From NCBI GenBank assembly GCA_038110565.1, contig JAYNJX010000003.1, positions 13,325-77,324 of the forward strand: DNA of 64,000 bases, in the 5' to 3' direction. The stretch comes from Nitrosomonadales bacterium. GTDB taxonomy: Bacteria; Pseudomonadota; Gammaproteobacteria; Burkholderiales; Methylophilaceae. The first letter of the stretch is position 1; every line of letters begins with the position of its first letter. A model generated the notes under the pieces. That model was given only the letters and a program-made list of their open reading frames with translations, was not told where the DNA came from and searched no databases. Both the position numbers and the translations under genes were made by a program. Positions 22,056 through 35,839 of this stretch are shown piece after piece.

Positions 22056-23072
22056 TTATGCTTGCATCATTGCAACAGCTGTATCAAGCATGCGACAACT
22101 AAATCCATATTCATTATCATACCAACCAAAGACTTTTATTAATTTTCCATCAGGACTGACTTTAGTCAATAATGAATCAAAATATGAAGAAGCTGATGTA
22201 TGATTAAAATCAACTGAAACTAATGGTTCATCTGAATATACAAGAATATTTTTTAAGACACCTGCTGAGGCCTTCTTCATCGCTTCATTAACTTCTTCTT
22301 TTGTTGTAGCTTTTTTTGAAACAATTGTTAAATCTACCAATGAAACATTTTGAGTTGGTACACGTATTGCGACACCATCTAATTTTCCTTTTAGTTCGGG
22401 TATAACCAGGCCTACAGCTGAAGCTGCGCCTGTTTTTGTTGGAACCATAGAAACTCCTGCACTCCTTGCTCTTCTAATATCGGAATGCATATTATCTAGA
22501 AGTGACTGGTCATTTGTATAGGAATGAATGGTATTCATGAGGCCTGACTCTACGCCAAAAGATTCATGAAGCACCATAACAATTGGTGCCAATCCATTTG
22601 TTGTACAAGATGCATTAGATACCACAGTGTCTGAGGAATTGAGTTCATTGTGATTAACACCATACACTATTGTTTTTTCAACATCCTTATCACCCGGGGC
22701 GGATATTAAAACTTTTTTTGCACCTTGATCTAAATGAACTTGGCATTTTTCTTTACTTCTTAAAGTCCCAGTACATTCTAATACAACATCAACTCCTAAA
22801 TTGCCCCACGGCAATTCTTTTGGATCTCTGGTAGCAAAATACTTTATTTCTTTTCCATTGATTGTAATCAAATTATCGCTGAATTTAATCTCTGCATTAA
22901 ATCTGCCATGTGCAGAGTCGTATTTCAATAGATGAATATTTGAGGCTATATCCCCTCTAGCGCTTCCATTAATGGCAACCACCTCTATATCATTTCTGTT
23001 TTGCTCAAATATTGCTCGTAAAACTAAACGTCCTATTCGACCAAAACCTGTGATAGCAACTTTAACTGCCAT
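22056..23072 (-). CDS. gap: Type I glyceraldehyde-3-phosphate dehydrogenase
   Basis: GFGRIGR, ASCTTN active site, WYDNE. Confidence 0.96.
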   Translation of the reverse strand: MAVKVAITGFGRIGRLVLRAIFEQNRNDIEVVAINGSARGDIASNIHLLKYDSAHGRFNAEIKFSDNLITINGKEIKYFATRDPKELPWGNLGVDVVLECTGTLRSKEKCQVHLDQGAKKVLISAPGDKDVEKTIVYGVNHNELNSSDTVVSNASCTTNGLAPIVMVLHESFGVESGLMNTIHSYTNDQSLLDNMHSDIRRARSAGVSMVPTKTGAASAVGLVIPELKGKLDGVAIRVPTQNVSLVDLTIVSKKATTKEEVNEAMKKASAGVLKNILVYSDEPLVSVDFNHTSASSYFDSLLTKVSPDGKLIKVFGWYDNEYGFSCRMLDTAVAMMQA

Positions 23073-23084
23073 AAAAAAATCTCC

Positions 23085-23124
23085 AAAAAAAAGGCATTAA
23101 AACTATATAGAGTTAATGCCTTTT
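23085..23124 (-). terminator. Intrinsic terminator-like hairpin between tkt and gap
   Basis: Stem aaaaggcattaa/ttaatgcctttt with a 12-nt loop. On the minus strand it ends in U8, immediately followed by the gap SD GGAG. Confidence 0.7.
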
Positions 23125-23141
23125 ATTTATATCATTAAATT

Positions 23142-25133
23142 TTACAAAATTGATTTTACAGTTTTAACAACGTTTTCAACTGTAAATCCGAAATGTTCAA
23201 ACAATTTACCTCCAGGTGCAGACTCGCCATAAGAATCTATTCCTACCGAAGCCCCATCAAGTCCAACATACTTCCTCCAAAAATCAGTTATACCAGCTTC
23301 AATTGAAACTCGCTTCACACCAGGTGTTAAAACAGCATCCTGATATTTCTTATCTTGACGATCAAAAACATTTGTTGATGGCATCGAAACTACGCTTGCA
23401 TTAATGCCTTCAGCCTTAAGAGCTTCATGCGATTTAACCGCTAAATCTAGTTCTGAACCAGTAGCAATTAAAATTACATCTGCTTTTCCACCGTTAGCTT
23501 CTATTAAGGTATATCCACCTTTTTTAATTCCTTCAATCTGCTCAGAGGTTCTATTATTGAAGCCAACGTTCTGTCTTGATAAAACTAAACTTGTAGGATT
23601 TTCTGAATTTTCAACTGCAGCAACCCATGCAACTGCTACTTCCGTCGAATCACCAGGTCTCCAAACATCCATTCTCGGTATAAAACGAAGCCCTGAGGTA
23701 GTTTCAACTGGTTGATGGGTTGGTCCATCTTCACCCTGCCCAATTGAGTCATGCGTTAGGACATAGACTACTCTTTGTTTCATTAAGGCAGACATACGCA
23801 TACCATTTCTCATATAATCTGAGAACATATGGAAGGTGCCACCAAATGGAAGTAAACCACCATGCAGCGCCATACCATTCATAATTGCTGCCATACCAAA
23901 TTCTCTGACGCCGTAAGAAATATAATTACCAGGTTTTTTTCCACTCACATGTTCAAATGATCCACAGCTAGTGAGGTTTGAACCAGTTAAATCTGCTGAT
24001 CCTCCAATAAACTCAGGAAGAAATTCTGCTAACTTTGCAATTGCATTTTGTGAGGCTTTACGTGTTGCAACTTTTTCGCCAGCCTCATTAGTAGCTTTGA
24101 TCATTGCCTCAGCAGACTCTTTCCAATTTTGAGGTAATTGTCCAGCCATACGACGCTTGAATTCTGCAGCCAAATCTGGAAACTCTTTAGCATAAGCTTC
24201 AAATTTTTTATTCCACTCTTGTTCTCTTTTTTGACCTTTATCTTTTTGATTCCATCCTTCATAAATATCTGCTGGAATAACAAATGGATCATGATTCCAC
24301 CCAATTTCTTTTCTGGTCAATGCAACTTCCTCATCTCCTAAAGCAGCACCATGGCAATCATGTGAACCTGATTTGTTAGGCGAGCCCTTACCAATAATCG
24401 TTTGACAGCAGATCAATGTTGGTTTATCAGTTACTTTTTTTGCTTCCTGAATAGCTTTATCAACTGCATCAAAATTATGGCCATCAACTTTTGGAATTAC
24501 ATGCCAACCATATGCCTCAAATCTTTTTGCAGTGTCATCTGTATACCAACCTTCAATATGGCCATCAATTGAAATACCATTATCATCCCAGAAAGCAATT
24601 AACTTACCTAAACCCCAAGTTCCTGCAAGTGCGCATGTCTCATGAGATACACCCTCCATCATGCAACCATCGCCTAAAAATACATATGTATGATGATCCA
24701 CGATAGCATGACCAGGTTTATTAAACTGATTTGCCATTAATTTTTCCGCCATAGCAAAGCCGACAGCATTACTAATTCCTTGGCCTAATGGACCCGTAGT
24801 AGTTTCAACTCCTGGAGCATAACCATATTCAGGATGGCCCGCACATTTAGAATGTAATTGTCTAAATGTTTGAATTTCACTCATAGGAAGATCATAACCA
24901 GTTAAGTGTAATAATGAATAGATCAACATAGAACCATGTCCATTTGACAAGATAAATCTATCTCTATTCGCCCAATTTGGATTGGTTGGATTATGGCTCA
25001 TATGGTTATTCCATAGAACCTCACCTATTTCAGCCATACCCATCGGTGCGCCAGGATGTCCTGAATTCGCTTTTTGCACAGCATCCATTGATAGAGCGCG
25101 GATTGCGTTTGCTAAATCTTGCCTAGTAGCCAT
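23142..25133 (-). CDS. tkt: Transketolase
   Basis: [20 protein letters not shown] motif, [16 protein letters not shown]. Confidence 0.98.
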   Translation of the reverse strand: MATRQDLANAIRALSMDAVQKANSGHPGAPMGMAEIGEVLWNNHMSHNPTNPNWANRDRFILSNGHGSMLIYSLLHLTGYDLPMSEIQTFRQLHSKCAGHPEYGYAPGVETTTGPLGQGISNAVGFAMAEKLMANQFNKPGHAIVDHHTYVFLGDGCMMEGVSHETCALAGTWGLGKLIAFWDDNGISIDGHIEGWYTDDTAKRFEAYGWHVIPKVDGHNFDAVDKAIQEAKKVTDKPTLICCQTIIGKGSPNKSGSHDCHGAALGDEEVALTRKEIGWNHDPFVIPADIYEGWNQKDKGQKREQEWNKKFEAYAKEFPDLAAEFKRRMAGQLPQNWKESAEAMIKATNEAGEKVATRKASQNAIAKLAEFLPEFIGGSADLTGSNLTSCGSFEHVSGKKPGNYISYGVREFGMAAIMNGMALHGGLLPFGGTFHMFSDYMRNGMRMSALMKQRVVYVLTHDSIGQGEDGPTHQPVETTSGLRFIPRMDVWRPGDSTEVAVAWVAAVENSENPTSLVLSRQNVGFNNRTSEQIEGIKKGGYTLIEANGGKADVILIATGSELDLAVKSHEALKAEGINASVVSMPSTNVFDRQDKKYQDAVLTPGVKRVSIEAGITDFWRKYVGLDGASVGIDSYGESAPGGKLFEHFGFTVENVVKTVKSIL

Positions 25134-25208
25134 TATTTAAATCTCCCTAATATACTTAATAAACAAATTCTTTGTAATCCTTAATTATTCCTTAATACGC
25201 CCTATTCT

Positions 25209-25778
25209 TCAAGCTGAAGTTGAACTTTCTTTCCATTTAATAGAGCATCCTATGCTAGAAATCTGATTATCAGGACCTTTCTGGGTTTTTGCTATTAATG
25301 TCATGGCTTTAAATAAATCTCTTTCATTGTTTGCAGACAACTCTCCCCGACCCGTAGAATCAAAGCGTCCCCTATATTGAAGTTCAAAGCTCTTATTAAA
25401 TCCAAAAAAATCTGGGGTACATATCGCATTATAGGACTTAGCAATTTCTTGTGACTCATCATAGCAATAAGGAAAACTAAAATGATTTTTGATTGACAAA
25501 TCTCGCATTCGATCAAAAGAATCCTCGGGATAATTCTCTACATCATTTGCTGAGATGGCAATCGTATTAATTCCATGATGTATTAATTCTTTCGTATCAT
25601 TAACCAATCTTGGTAAAATAGATTTTACATATGGGCAGTGATTACAAATAAACATGATAAGTAAACCATTTTCTCCCATGCTTTTTTGTAGGGTCCATAA
25701 TGATCCATCAACCGATGGAAGCTCAAAAGCTGGGGCTTTCCAGCCAAAATCACATACCGGAGGAGTTAAGCTCGCCAT
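25209..25778 (-). CDS. Thioredoxin-fold / peroxiredoxin-like (AhpC-TSA family) protein
   Basis: FICNHCPYV, CTPDFF, SIGCSIKWK. Confidence 0.88.
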   Translation of the reverse strand: MASLTPPVCDFGWKAPAFELPSVDGSLWTLQKSMGENGLLIMFICNHCPYVKSILPRLVNDTKELIHHGINTIAISANDVENYPEDSFDRMRDLSIKNHFSFPYCYDESQEIAKSYNAICTPDFFGFNKSFELQYRGRFDSTGRGELSANNERDLFKAMTLIAKTQKGPDNQISSIGCSIKWKESSTSA

Positions 25779-25801
25779 AATAATTTTCTCTTTTTTATAT
25801 T

Positions 25802-26551
25802 ATGCATAGATTTTACCATCCAAAGAATATTCCTGAAAATGAAGTCATTTCTCTTGATAGTTTTGCCTCTCATCATCTTCAAAAGGCCTTAAGACTTAAA
25901 GAAGGTGATAATGTCGAACTTTTCAATGGGGATGGTTTTAATTATTGCTGTCAAATTACAAATATCTCTAAAAACAACACGGAGGTTTTTTGTCATAAAA
26001 GAAATCCAAACATGAATGAAAGTTCATTAAATATAATTATTGCTCAGGCAATGACATCTAATGAAAAACTCGATTTTATAATGCAAAAAAATACTGAATT
26101 AGGTGTGAATACATTCTACCTATTCGAAGCAACCAGAAGTACAAACAAAATAAATAATGAAAAAATTATTAAGAAAATAGAACACTTTCAGAAAATAATC
26201 ATTTCAGCATGCGAGCAATGCGGACGCTCAACTATACCAAAACTAGAAGTTTTCAAAGACTTTAGGTCTTTGGTGATAAATCTGCAGGAAGAAAACCATG
26301 AAAATATTATATTAGATACCAATCCTAAGGATAGTCAGAACCTTAGGCAATTATTCATGGAACCGAAACTCAACAAATCTTTTTCTTTTTTAATAGGGCC
26401 TGAAGGTGGATTTACTAATGAAGAGATAATTTTGGCAACTAAAGCAAATATAAAGTCTGTTAATCTTGGAAAAAGAATCTTAAGAACAGAAACAGCGTCG
26501 ATTGCAATTGTATCTGCTATTCATTCACTTATTGGAGATTTTTGTATATAA
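25802..26551 (+). CDS. rsmE: 16S rRNA m3U1498 methyltransferase RsmE
   Basis: ACEQCGR, IGPEGGF, RILRTETA. Confidence 0.96.
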   Translation: MHRFYHPKNIPENEVISLDSFASHHLQKALRLKEGDNVELFNGDGFNYCCQITNISKNNTEVFCHKRNPNMNESSLNIIIAQAMTSNEKLDFIMQKNTELGVNTFYLFEATRSTNKINNEKIIKKIEHFQKIIISACEQCGRSTIPKLEVFKDFRSLVINLQEENHENIILDTNPKDSQNLRQLFMEPKLNKSFSFLIGPEGGFTNEEIILATKANIKSVNLGKRILRTETASIAIVSAIHSLIGDFCI

Positions 26552-26557
26552 TACAAA
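26541..26557. promoter_or_regulatory. Putative operator 1 upstream of HTH-argA (17-bp palindrome)
   Basis: TTTGTAT-ATA-ATACAAA with perfect 7-bp arms; overlaps the rsmE stop codon. Confidence 0.6.
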
Positions 26558-26562
26558 TAAAT

Positions 26563-26592
26563 TTAACTAAATAATTATTAAATTTGTAAAAT
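26563..26592 (+). promoter_or_regulatory. Possible sigma70 promoter giving a leaderless argA transcript
   Basis: TTAACT-18 nt-TAAAAT; the -10 ends 7 nt before ATG 26600; no SD upstream. Confidence 0.35.
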
Positions 26593-26599
26593 ATACAAA
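26583..26599. promoter_or_regulatory. Putative operator 2 abutting the HTH-argA start codon
   Basis: TTTGTA-AAATA-TACAAA, 14/17 identical to operator 1 and 42 bp downstream of it. Confidence 0.62.
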
Positions 26600-29591
<2,992 letters not shown>

Positions 29592-29606
<15 letters not shown>

Positions 29607-30683
29607 TTTCTTTATTAAGCCGACTCGGTGAATTTTAATTTTTTCTTTAATAAGTTCTATATTTTCACATTGATCAACTTGAGGTTTATTATTTTTTAAT
29701 AACTTATCAAGCTCTGAAGCAATAAGATTAATTTTCTTAACCAAAATAGTATTATTTTCATCGTCTAATATAAATAATTTACTAAAGAGCTTTAGATTAT
29801 TAAAATCCTGATAGAAAGAAATTTTAATGAGAAAATCATCAATTCTCTCTGATGAGTTTAAAGAAGATAATACGTTTGAATTTCTTAATTCAAAAAATTT
29901 CCCTACATTCGCAATGTCTTTTCTTGAAAAATTTACTTTGTTTTTTAAAAAACAACCAAACTTGCGCTCAAAAAATAGCCAATAAATATTAAAACTAATA
30001 TCTTCTTGATTATTATTTTTAAAAAAACTCTCTAATAATTTAATATCAAAATCTTTATTTAGGTCAAATACTTGATTTAATGCATTTAATTCATTGAGCG
30101 TTTCAAAAAATTTAATAACGTTTTTATAGCCAAATGTTTTTTTTATTTCTTTAAAAATTCTATCTCCAGATATGCTTAAGAGTTCTTCTGAGGAAACAAT
30201 ATCTTTCAGTAAAATCTTAGTTTTATTATCTATTGTAAATTCTGGTAATTTTGCAGAAAACCTCGCTAGTCTTATTAACCTTAGAGGATCCTCAGAAAAA
30301 GCCTGTGAAACATGCCTAAATATTTTATTCTTTAGGTCAGCTATACCATTAAATGGATCGTATAGATTTCCATTTTCGTCTTCAGCAATTGCATTTATTG
30401 TCAAATCTCTTCTTTTTAAATCTTCTTCAAGAGTGACTTTTTTTCCTGTGTAAAATTGAAAACCTTTATACCCAACCCCTGCTTTTCTTTCAGTTCTGGC
30501 CAGAGCATATTCATTGCTATTTTTAGGATTAATAAATACCGGAAAATCTTTTCCTACTGGTATAAATCCTTCCTTAACCATCTCATCAGGGGAAGATCCA
30601 ACAACAACATAATCTTTTTCTGTGACATTTATTTTTAATAATTTATCTCGTATTGCTCCGCCAACTAAATATATTTTTTTCAT
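29592..30683 (-). CDS. cca: CCA tRNA nucleotidyltransferase (short form)
   Basis: YLVGGAIRD, VGKDFPVF, EYALARTERK, RRDLTINA, EDPLR. Confidence 0.93.
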
Positions 30684-31576
30684 ATTTTTTTAATAAAATT
30701 TTCAAGTGTTTCTAGATTTGTCAGGAATTCATAAGAATCATTATTATCAGTTACATTTTGAACCTTCATTGATTTTAAATTATCCATAGTTATAATTTTT
30801 TTTGGTGATAAGCCTAATATCAATACCAGTAAAACTGATAATACTCTTGGCAATTTTATGATGAAAGTTTTTAGTCTTAATGTATTTTTAATAATCAATA
30901 ATATTTCATAAAAAGAGTATTTTTGTTTACCTGCAATTTCAAACGCCCTGGATTCATATCTATTTTTAATCATTAATTGGATTATTATTCCTGCTACATC
31001 GTTTACAGAAATTGGTTGAAAAATTGCGTTTGGAGATATTACCCCTATTATTGGCAAGAATCTCATTAATGCTACGAACATATTGATAAAAGAATCTCCC
31101 GTTCCAAATATGATTGATGGTTTAACTATATAAATTTTTATTGAATTATTTTTTTGACCTAACAAATAATTTTCTGCTTTTTCTTTTGAAGCTAAATAAC
31201 TGCTCACTTTTGATTCAGATTTCAAAGCTCCAATATGAATAAATTTCTTTATATTATTTGTTATTGCAGATTTATAGAGTTTTTTTACAAAATCAAAATG
31301 AATTCTTATAAAGTCACCTTTTTTATTTTCGTGAAGAATTCCCACAAGATTTATCAATATGTCATGATTTTTAATTAATGAATTTAATTCATTTTGATCT
31401 GAAATATTATTTAATTTCTTAATTGCAACAGATGGAATTACCTTAATATGGTTTAAGTCTTTATTTTTGGTGGTTACTAATGTAATTTTATAATCACTGA
31501 GTCTTGCTAATGAATTTATCAGCTTTGAACCAACAAACCCACTACCCCCGAATATAATAACTTTTATTTTTTTCAA
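30680..31576 (-). CDS. NAD(P)-binding SDR/epimerase, NDUFA9-like
   Basis: GGSGFVG Rossmann motif, INLVGIL, YLASK, PSIIFG, QPISVNDVA. Confidence 0.85.
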   Translation of the reverse strand: MKKIKVIIFGGSGFVGSKLINSLARLSDYKITLVTTKNKDLNHIKVIPSVAIKKLNNISDQNELNSLIKNHDILINLVGILHENKKGDFIRIHFDFVKKLYKSAITNNIKKFIHIGALKSESKVSSYLASKEKAENYLLGQKNNSIKIYIVKPSIIFGTGDSFINMFVALMRFLPIIGVISPNAIFQPISVNDVAGIIIQLMIKNRYESRAFEIAGKQKYSFYEILLIIKNTLRLKTFIIKLPRVLSVLLVLILGLSPKKIITMDNLKSMKVQNVTDNNDSYEFLTNLETLENFIKKI

Positions 31577-31752
31577 ATATGAACAATTCTTAATAAGATG
31601 TATAAAACGATGATTATTGCAGCAACCACAAGAATATTCTTTGTTGTTTTAATTAGCATCTCATAATATTTTTTATTTTTTGTAAATAAATAAAGAAAAA
31701 CTAGAACTAAAATAAAGATAGTTACAAATAATGCCAATGCTCTTAGTATCAT
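31573..31752 (-). CDS. Small two-TM membrane protein, 59 aa (absent from ORF track)
   Basis: MILRALALFVTIFILVLVFLYLFTKNKKYYEMLIKTTKNILVVAAIIIVLYILLRIVHI*. It has an ATGA overlap with the lpxC stop and a TTGA overlap with the next gene's start. Confidence 0.8.
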   Translation of the reverse strand: MILRALALFVTIFILVLVFLYLFTKNKKYYEMLIKTTKNILVVAAIIIVLYILLRIVHI

Positions 31753-32696
31753 AAAGACCCAACCCTTTCATCATTTTTATATTCAAGTTGATTATAGTGG
31801 TTTGCAATATTTGAATAAATTGTTTCATCTGTATCTTTGATAGATACAACTTCATATGCTTTTTTATCTTTTATTAAAAGCCTTAATAATTGATTATTCA
31901 TCTCATGTCCTGATTTAAAACCGGTAAATTTTGCGAGAATTGGCAACCCTTCAATATACAAATCACCAATTGCATCTAAAACTTTATGTCTGACAAACTC
32001 ATCTTCATAACGCAAGCCATCACGATTAAGAATATTGTAATCATCCATAACGATTGCGTTATCCAAAGAGCCTCCCTTAGCCAAACCGATTGAACGTAAA
32101 TATTCAACTTCTTGCATAAAACCAAAAGTTCTTGCTCTTGAGATTTGTTCAAAGTATGAATCTTTATAAAGATCCAATGTAATTTCATTATTTCTCTCAG
32201 CAAAAACAGGATGCGGAAATTGAATTGAAAAGTCCACTACAAAGCTATTCGCCGGTTCCAGCATTGCAAACTTTCCATCATGCTCATATTTAATTGCTTT
32301 CTTTACTTTTATAAATTGTTTTTCAGAGGGTAAATCTTTTATGCCAGCTGATTTTATTAAATGTAAATAAGGAATTGAACTACCATCTAAAATTGGTAAC
32401 TCTGGGCCATATACATTAATTATTATATTTTCAATCCCATAGGCGTGGAGTGCCGACATTAAATGCTCTATTGTCATTATTTTGAGATTTCCTTTTTCCA
32501 AGGTTGAGCACAATGTAGTATCAGTAATAAATTCAGCAGAAACTTTGACTTTAGGGCTTGGTTTTAAATCTTTACGGCAAAAAATGATGCCTGAATTATC
32601 TTCACCAGGTTTTAAAACCAGCCTAACTGATTCCCCGGTGTGCAAACCTAATCCCGTTAAAGATATTTCTTTCTGAATTGTTTTTTGAAATATCAA
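31749..32696 (-). CDS. lpxC: UDP-3-O-acyl-GlcNAc deacetylase
   Basis: GLGLHTG, TIEHLMSA, ARTFGF, RHKVLDAIGD. Confidence 0.97.
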   Translation of the reverse strand: MIFQKTIQKEISLTGLGLHTGESVRLVLKPGEDNSGIIFCRKDLKPSPKVKVSAEFITDTTLCSTLEKGNLKIMTIEHLMSALHAYGIENIIINVYGPELPILDGSSIPYLHLIKSAGIKDLPSEKQFIKVKKAIKYEHDGKFAMLEPANSFVVDFSIQFPHPVFAERNNEITLDLYKDSYFEQISRARTFGFMQEVEYLRSIGLAKGGSLDNAIVMDDYNILNRDGLRYEDEFVRHKVLDAIGDLYIEGLPILAKFTGFKSGHEMNNQLLRLLIKDKKAYEVVSIKDTDETIYSNIANHYNQLEYKNDERVGSL

Positions 32697-32697
32697 T

Positions 32698-33864
32698 TTA
32701 TTTTCGCCTCAGAAATGACGGAATATCAAATGCATCTTCCGTATCTTGGCTTATCAATTCAGGCCTACTATCTTGATCAGAAAACACATTTGGAACATCA
32801 CTTGTATCTAATTTTAAATTTTGATCTACATTATTAACATAGACATCTTCTTTTTTATCTTCAATTTCTTCTAAGTCTTTGAGAAACTCATTGCTATTTT
32901 GTTTTAAATTTTGTTCATCTAAACCAGTGGCTACGATTGTAACTTTTAACTTCTCTCCAATACTATCATCTATAACATTCCCAACAATTACAGTCGCATC
33001 GACTGCAGCAATACTTTTTATTTCATTCATAACATCAATGTATTCTTTCATTTTGAAACTTGTGTTCGCAGATATATTAACTAAAATACCTTTTGCATTT
33101 TTTAATTCAATATTCTCAAGCAATGGACTATTGATAGCCAATTGCGCTGCTTTTATTGCTCTTCCATCACCTTCATATGCTCCGCTACCAATTATTGCAT
33201 TACCCATTTCAGCCATTACAGTTTTAACATCTGAAAAATCAACATTAATCAAACCAGTATGATTAATAATGTCTGAAATTCCAGATACCGAGTTATAAAG
33301 CACATCATTTGCGGCAGCAAATGCTTCTAAAAAAGAAACGTCAGCTCCTAAAACATTCATTAATTTTTCATTTGGGATAATAATTAGAGAATCAACAAAT
33401 TGTTTTAATTCATAAATTCCCTGTTCAGCAATCTGATTCCTTTTGCCTTCAAAGCTAAAAGGTTTAGTCACTACAGCAACTGTAAGGATTCCTAATTCTT
33501 TTGCGATCTCTGCAATAACAGGAGCAGCTCCAGTTCCTGTGCCTCCTCCCATTCCAGCAGTAATAAAAATCATATCAGCATCTTTAATTGCATCTTTTAT
33601 TTTGTCTCGATCTTCAATTGCTGCTTGTTTTCCAGCATCTGGCCTTGCACCAGCCCCTAAACCCTTAGTTAGATTTAATCCAATTTGTAATATATTATTT
33701 GCTTGAGATTTTTTTAAAGTCTGTAAATCAGTATTTATAGAGATAAAATCTACGCCAAAAATATTTTTCTCAATCATATGATCTACAGCATTATTCCCAC
33801 ACCCTCCAATGCCAACAACTTTTATAATTGCTTCTCTATTTTTTTGCTCGACTATCTCAAACAT
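32698..33864 (-). CDS. ftsZ: Cell division protein FtsZ
   Basis: GGGTGTG tubulin signature, C-terminal DIPSFLRRK. Confidence 0.98.
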   Translation of the reverse strand: MFEIVEQKNREAIIKVVGIGGCGNNAVDHMIEKNIFGVDFISINTDLQTLKKSQANNILQIGLNLTKGLGAGARPDAGKQAAIEDRDKIKDAIKDADMIFITAGMGGGTGTGAAPVIAEIAKELGILTVAVVTKPFSFEGKRNQIAEQGIYELKQFVDSLIIIPNEKLMNVLGADVSFLEAFAAANDVLYNSVSGISDIINHTGLINVDFSDVKTVMAEMGNAIIGSGAYEGDGRAIKAAQLAINSPLLENIELKNAKGILVNISANTSFKMKEYIDVMNEIKSIAAVDATVIVGNVIDDSIGEKLKVTIVATGLDEQNLKQNSNEFLKDLEEIEDKKEDVYVNNVDQNLKLDTSDVPNVFSDQDSRPELISQDTEDAFDIPSFLRRK

Positions 33865-33878
33865 ATAAATTTCCTATT

Positions 33879-35120
33879 TTAAAAGTTACCTTGAAACCAA
33901 ATTTTCATTCTATGAAGAATTTGTACGATTGAATTCCCATCAATTTTTTGCCTTTTATTTTTTTCAAAATCTATTTTACCTATTTTTAGTAGTCCAACAG
34001 CAGTCGCATATCTTGGATTTTCTATAATCTGGCTCAGTCCTGAAATATCTCTTGGATATCCAGTTCTAACAGACATATTAAATACCTTCGTTGCAGCCTC
34101 ATTAATATTTTTCATCATAGATGTTCCGCCAGTAATTACCACTCCAGATGCAATATAACTTATCAATTTGCTTCTTATAAGTTCATTTTTTATTAATTCA
34201 AAAAGTTCTGTCATTCTTGGTTCAATGACTTTTACCAATTCCTCAGTTGATATTTTTTTTGGCTCTCTTCCATCAACAAGGGGCACATCAATTATTTCAT
34301 CTCGATCATTTGGGTATTTAAAAGCTAATCCATGTCTTATCTTAATATCTTCTGCTGACTCATTTGGCGTTCTAAAAGCTACAGAAATATCATTTGTGAT
34401 CTGGTCACCTGCTATTGGAATAACTGCCGTGTGTTTTACAGACCCATCCTTATAGACAATTAAATCGGTTGTTCCTCCTCCAATATCAATTAAACACACA
34501 CCCAATTCTTTTTCATCTTTAGTCAGCACTGCTTCAGCTGAGGCTAAAGGCTGAAGAACCAACTCCATAGTATCCAAACCTGTTCTTTTAATACACTTTA
34601 TAATATTTTGAGCAGCAGCAATTGCTCCAGAGACAATGTGTACCTTCACCTCAAGTCTCATTCCGCTCATTCCTCTCGGCTCTTTAATTCCTGTTTGGTC
34701 ATCAATAATGTATTCTTGCTCTAGGGTATGAAGCAACCTTTGATCTGGAGGTAGGGTAATAGCCTGAGCTGTTTCAAGGACTCGCTCAACATCAGCATCA
34801 TTAACTTCAAGGTCTTTAATCTTAACCATCCCTGTTGAATTTAAACTTCTAATATGACTGCCTGCGATACCTGTATATACCTCTTTTATTTTACAATCTG
34901 CCATTAACTCGGCTTCCTCTACAGATCTCTGTATTGCCTGTGTTGTTAAATCAATATTAACAACAACACCTTTTTTCAATCCTCTTGAAATATGTTGTCC
35001 TAGACCAAGAACCTCTATCTCACCATCCTCTTTCAATTCGGAAACAACAGTCACAATCTTTGATGTGCCAATATCAAGAGCAACAATTAATTGTTTTTCT
35101 TCTTTTTTATGTTTGATCAT
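33879..35120 (-). CDS. ftsA: Cell division protein FtsA
   Basis: LDIGTSK, DIGGGTTD, C-terminal amphipathic WFQGNF. Confidence 0.97.
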   Translation of the reverse strand: MIKHKKEEKQLIVALDIGTSKIVTVVSELKEDGEIEVLGLGQHISRGLKKGVVVNIDLTTQAIQRSVEEAELMADCKIKEVYTGIAGSHIRSLNSTGMVKIKDLEVNDADVERVLETAQAITLPPDQRLLHTLEQEYIIDDQTGIKEPRGMSGMRLEVKVHIVSGAIAAAQNIIKCIKRTGLDTMELVLQPLASAEAVLTKDEKELGVCLIDIGGGTTDLIVYKDGSVKHTAVIPIAGDQITNDISVAFRTPNESAEDIKIRHGLAFKYPNDRDEIIDVPLVDGREPKKISTEELVKVIEPRMTELFELIKNELIRSKLISYIASGVVITGGTSMMKNINEAATKVFNMSVRTGYPRDISGLSQIIENPRYATAVGLLKIGKIDFEKNKRQKIDGNSIVQILHRMKIWFQGNF

Positions 35121-35833
35121 AAATTATTTAATTTTTTAATTTGTTCATCAACTGATATTGAGAATCCATCTCGATACCTTAAGTCAACATACGTAATTCT
35201 TTTTTTCACTTGAGCAAGTACCTTCTGATAATTTTTCATAAAAGAAGCTAATTTTTCTTCTGGATTATGTTCCCCAATATTAATTACTAGGCCATCAGTT
35301 GTTTCAAGAGTCCATTCTGTCTGCCTCAATAGAGACAATCTTCTAATTTGCATAATGTTATCTCCAAGTATTTTACTAAAAGAATTGTACTTATTAGTTA
35401 TTTCTTCCAATTTTTCTTTTGGGCCTTCAAAAAATGGTAGGTTTTGACTTGATGCAGCATGAAAATATAAACCATTTTGATTGACTAATCCGATACCTAT
35501 TTTGCCGTAACGAGCTACTGGTGTATGTTCTGCGACTTTTACAGAAATTTTTCCTGGCCAACTTCTATTGATTTCAACTTTTTCTACCCATGGAAGCTTC
35601 TCAAAGCCATCTTTAAATTTTTTTATATTGAGTGAAAAAAAATTTCCTTCCAAATACTTTTCCACCACCATTAAAACCTGTTCCCTCTCAACATGATCAT
35701 AATTCCCATTAATATCAATTGCATTGATCGGAAAGATCTTGTCAAACGTAAAAGGTGAAACTATCTTAATAAAAAGATAAATAATGACTACTAAAGTCAA
35801 TCGATACAAAATTAAATATATCTTTTTTTCCAA
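35117..35833 (-). CDS. ftsQ: Cell division protein FtsQ
   Basis: N-terminal TM, POTRA LPWV..RSWP, YVDLRY; dcw position. Confidence 0.92.
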   Translation of the reverse strand: MEKKIYLILYRLTLVVIIYLFIKIVSPFTFDKIFPINAIDINGNYDHVEREQVLMVVEKYLEGNFFSLNIKKFKDGFEKLPWVEKVEINRSWPGKISVKVAEHTPVARYGKIGIGLVNQNGLYFHAASSQNLPFFEGPKEKLEEITNKYNSFSKILGDNIMQIRRLSLLRQTEWTLETTDGLVINIGEHNPEEKLASFMKNYQKVLAQVKKRITYVDLRYRDGFSISVDEQIKKLNNL

Positions 35834-35839
35834 AATGAT

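Noticed and set aside
31673-31855. 60-aa minus-strand ORF overlapping the lpxC end
   Set aside because: It overlaps lpxC by more than 100 nt out of frame; the 31573-31752 ORF fits the gap with coupled start and stop codons.
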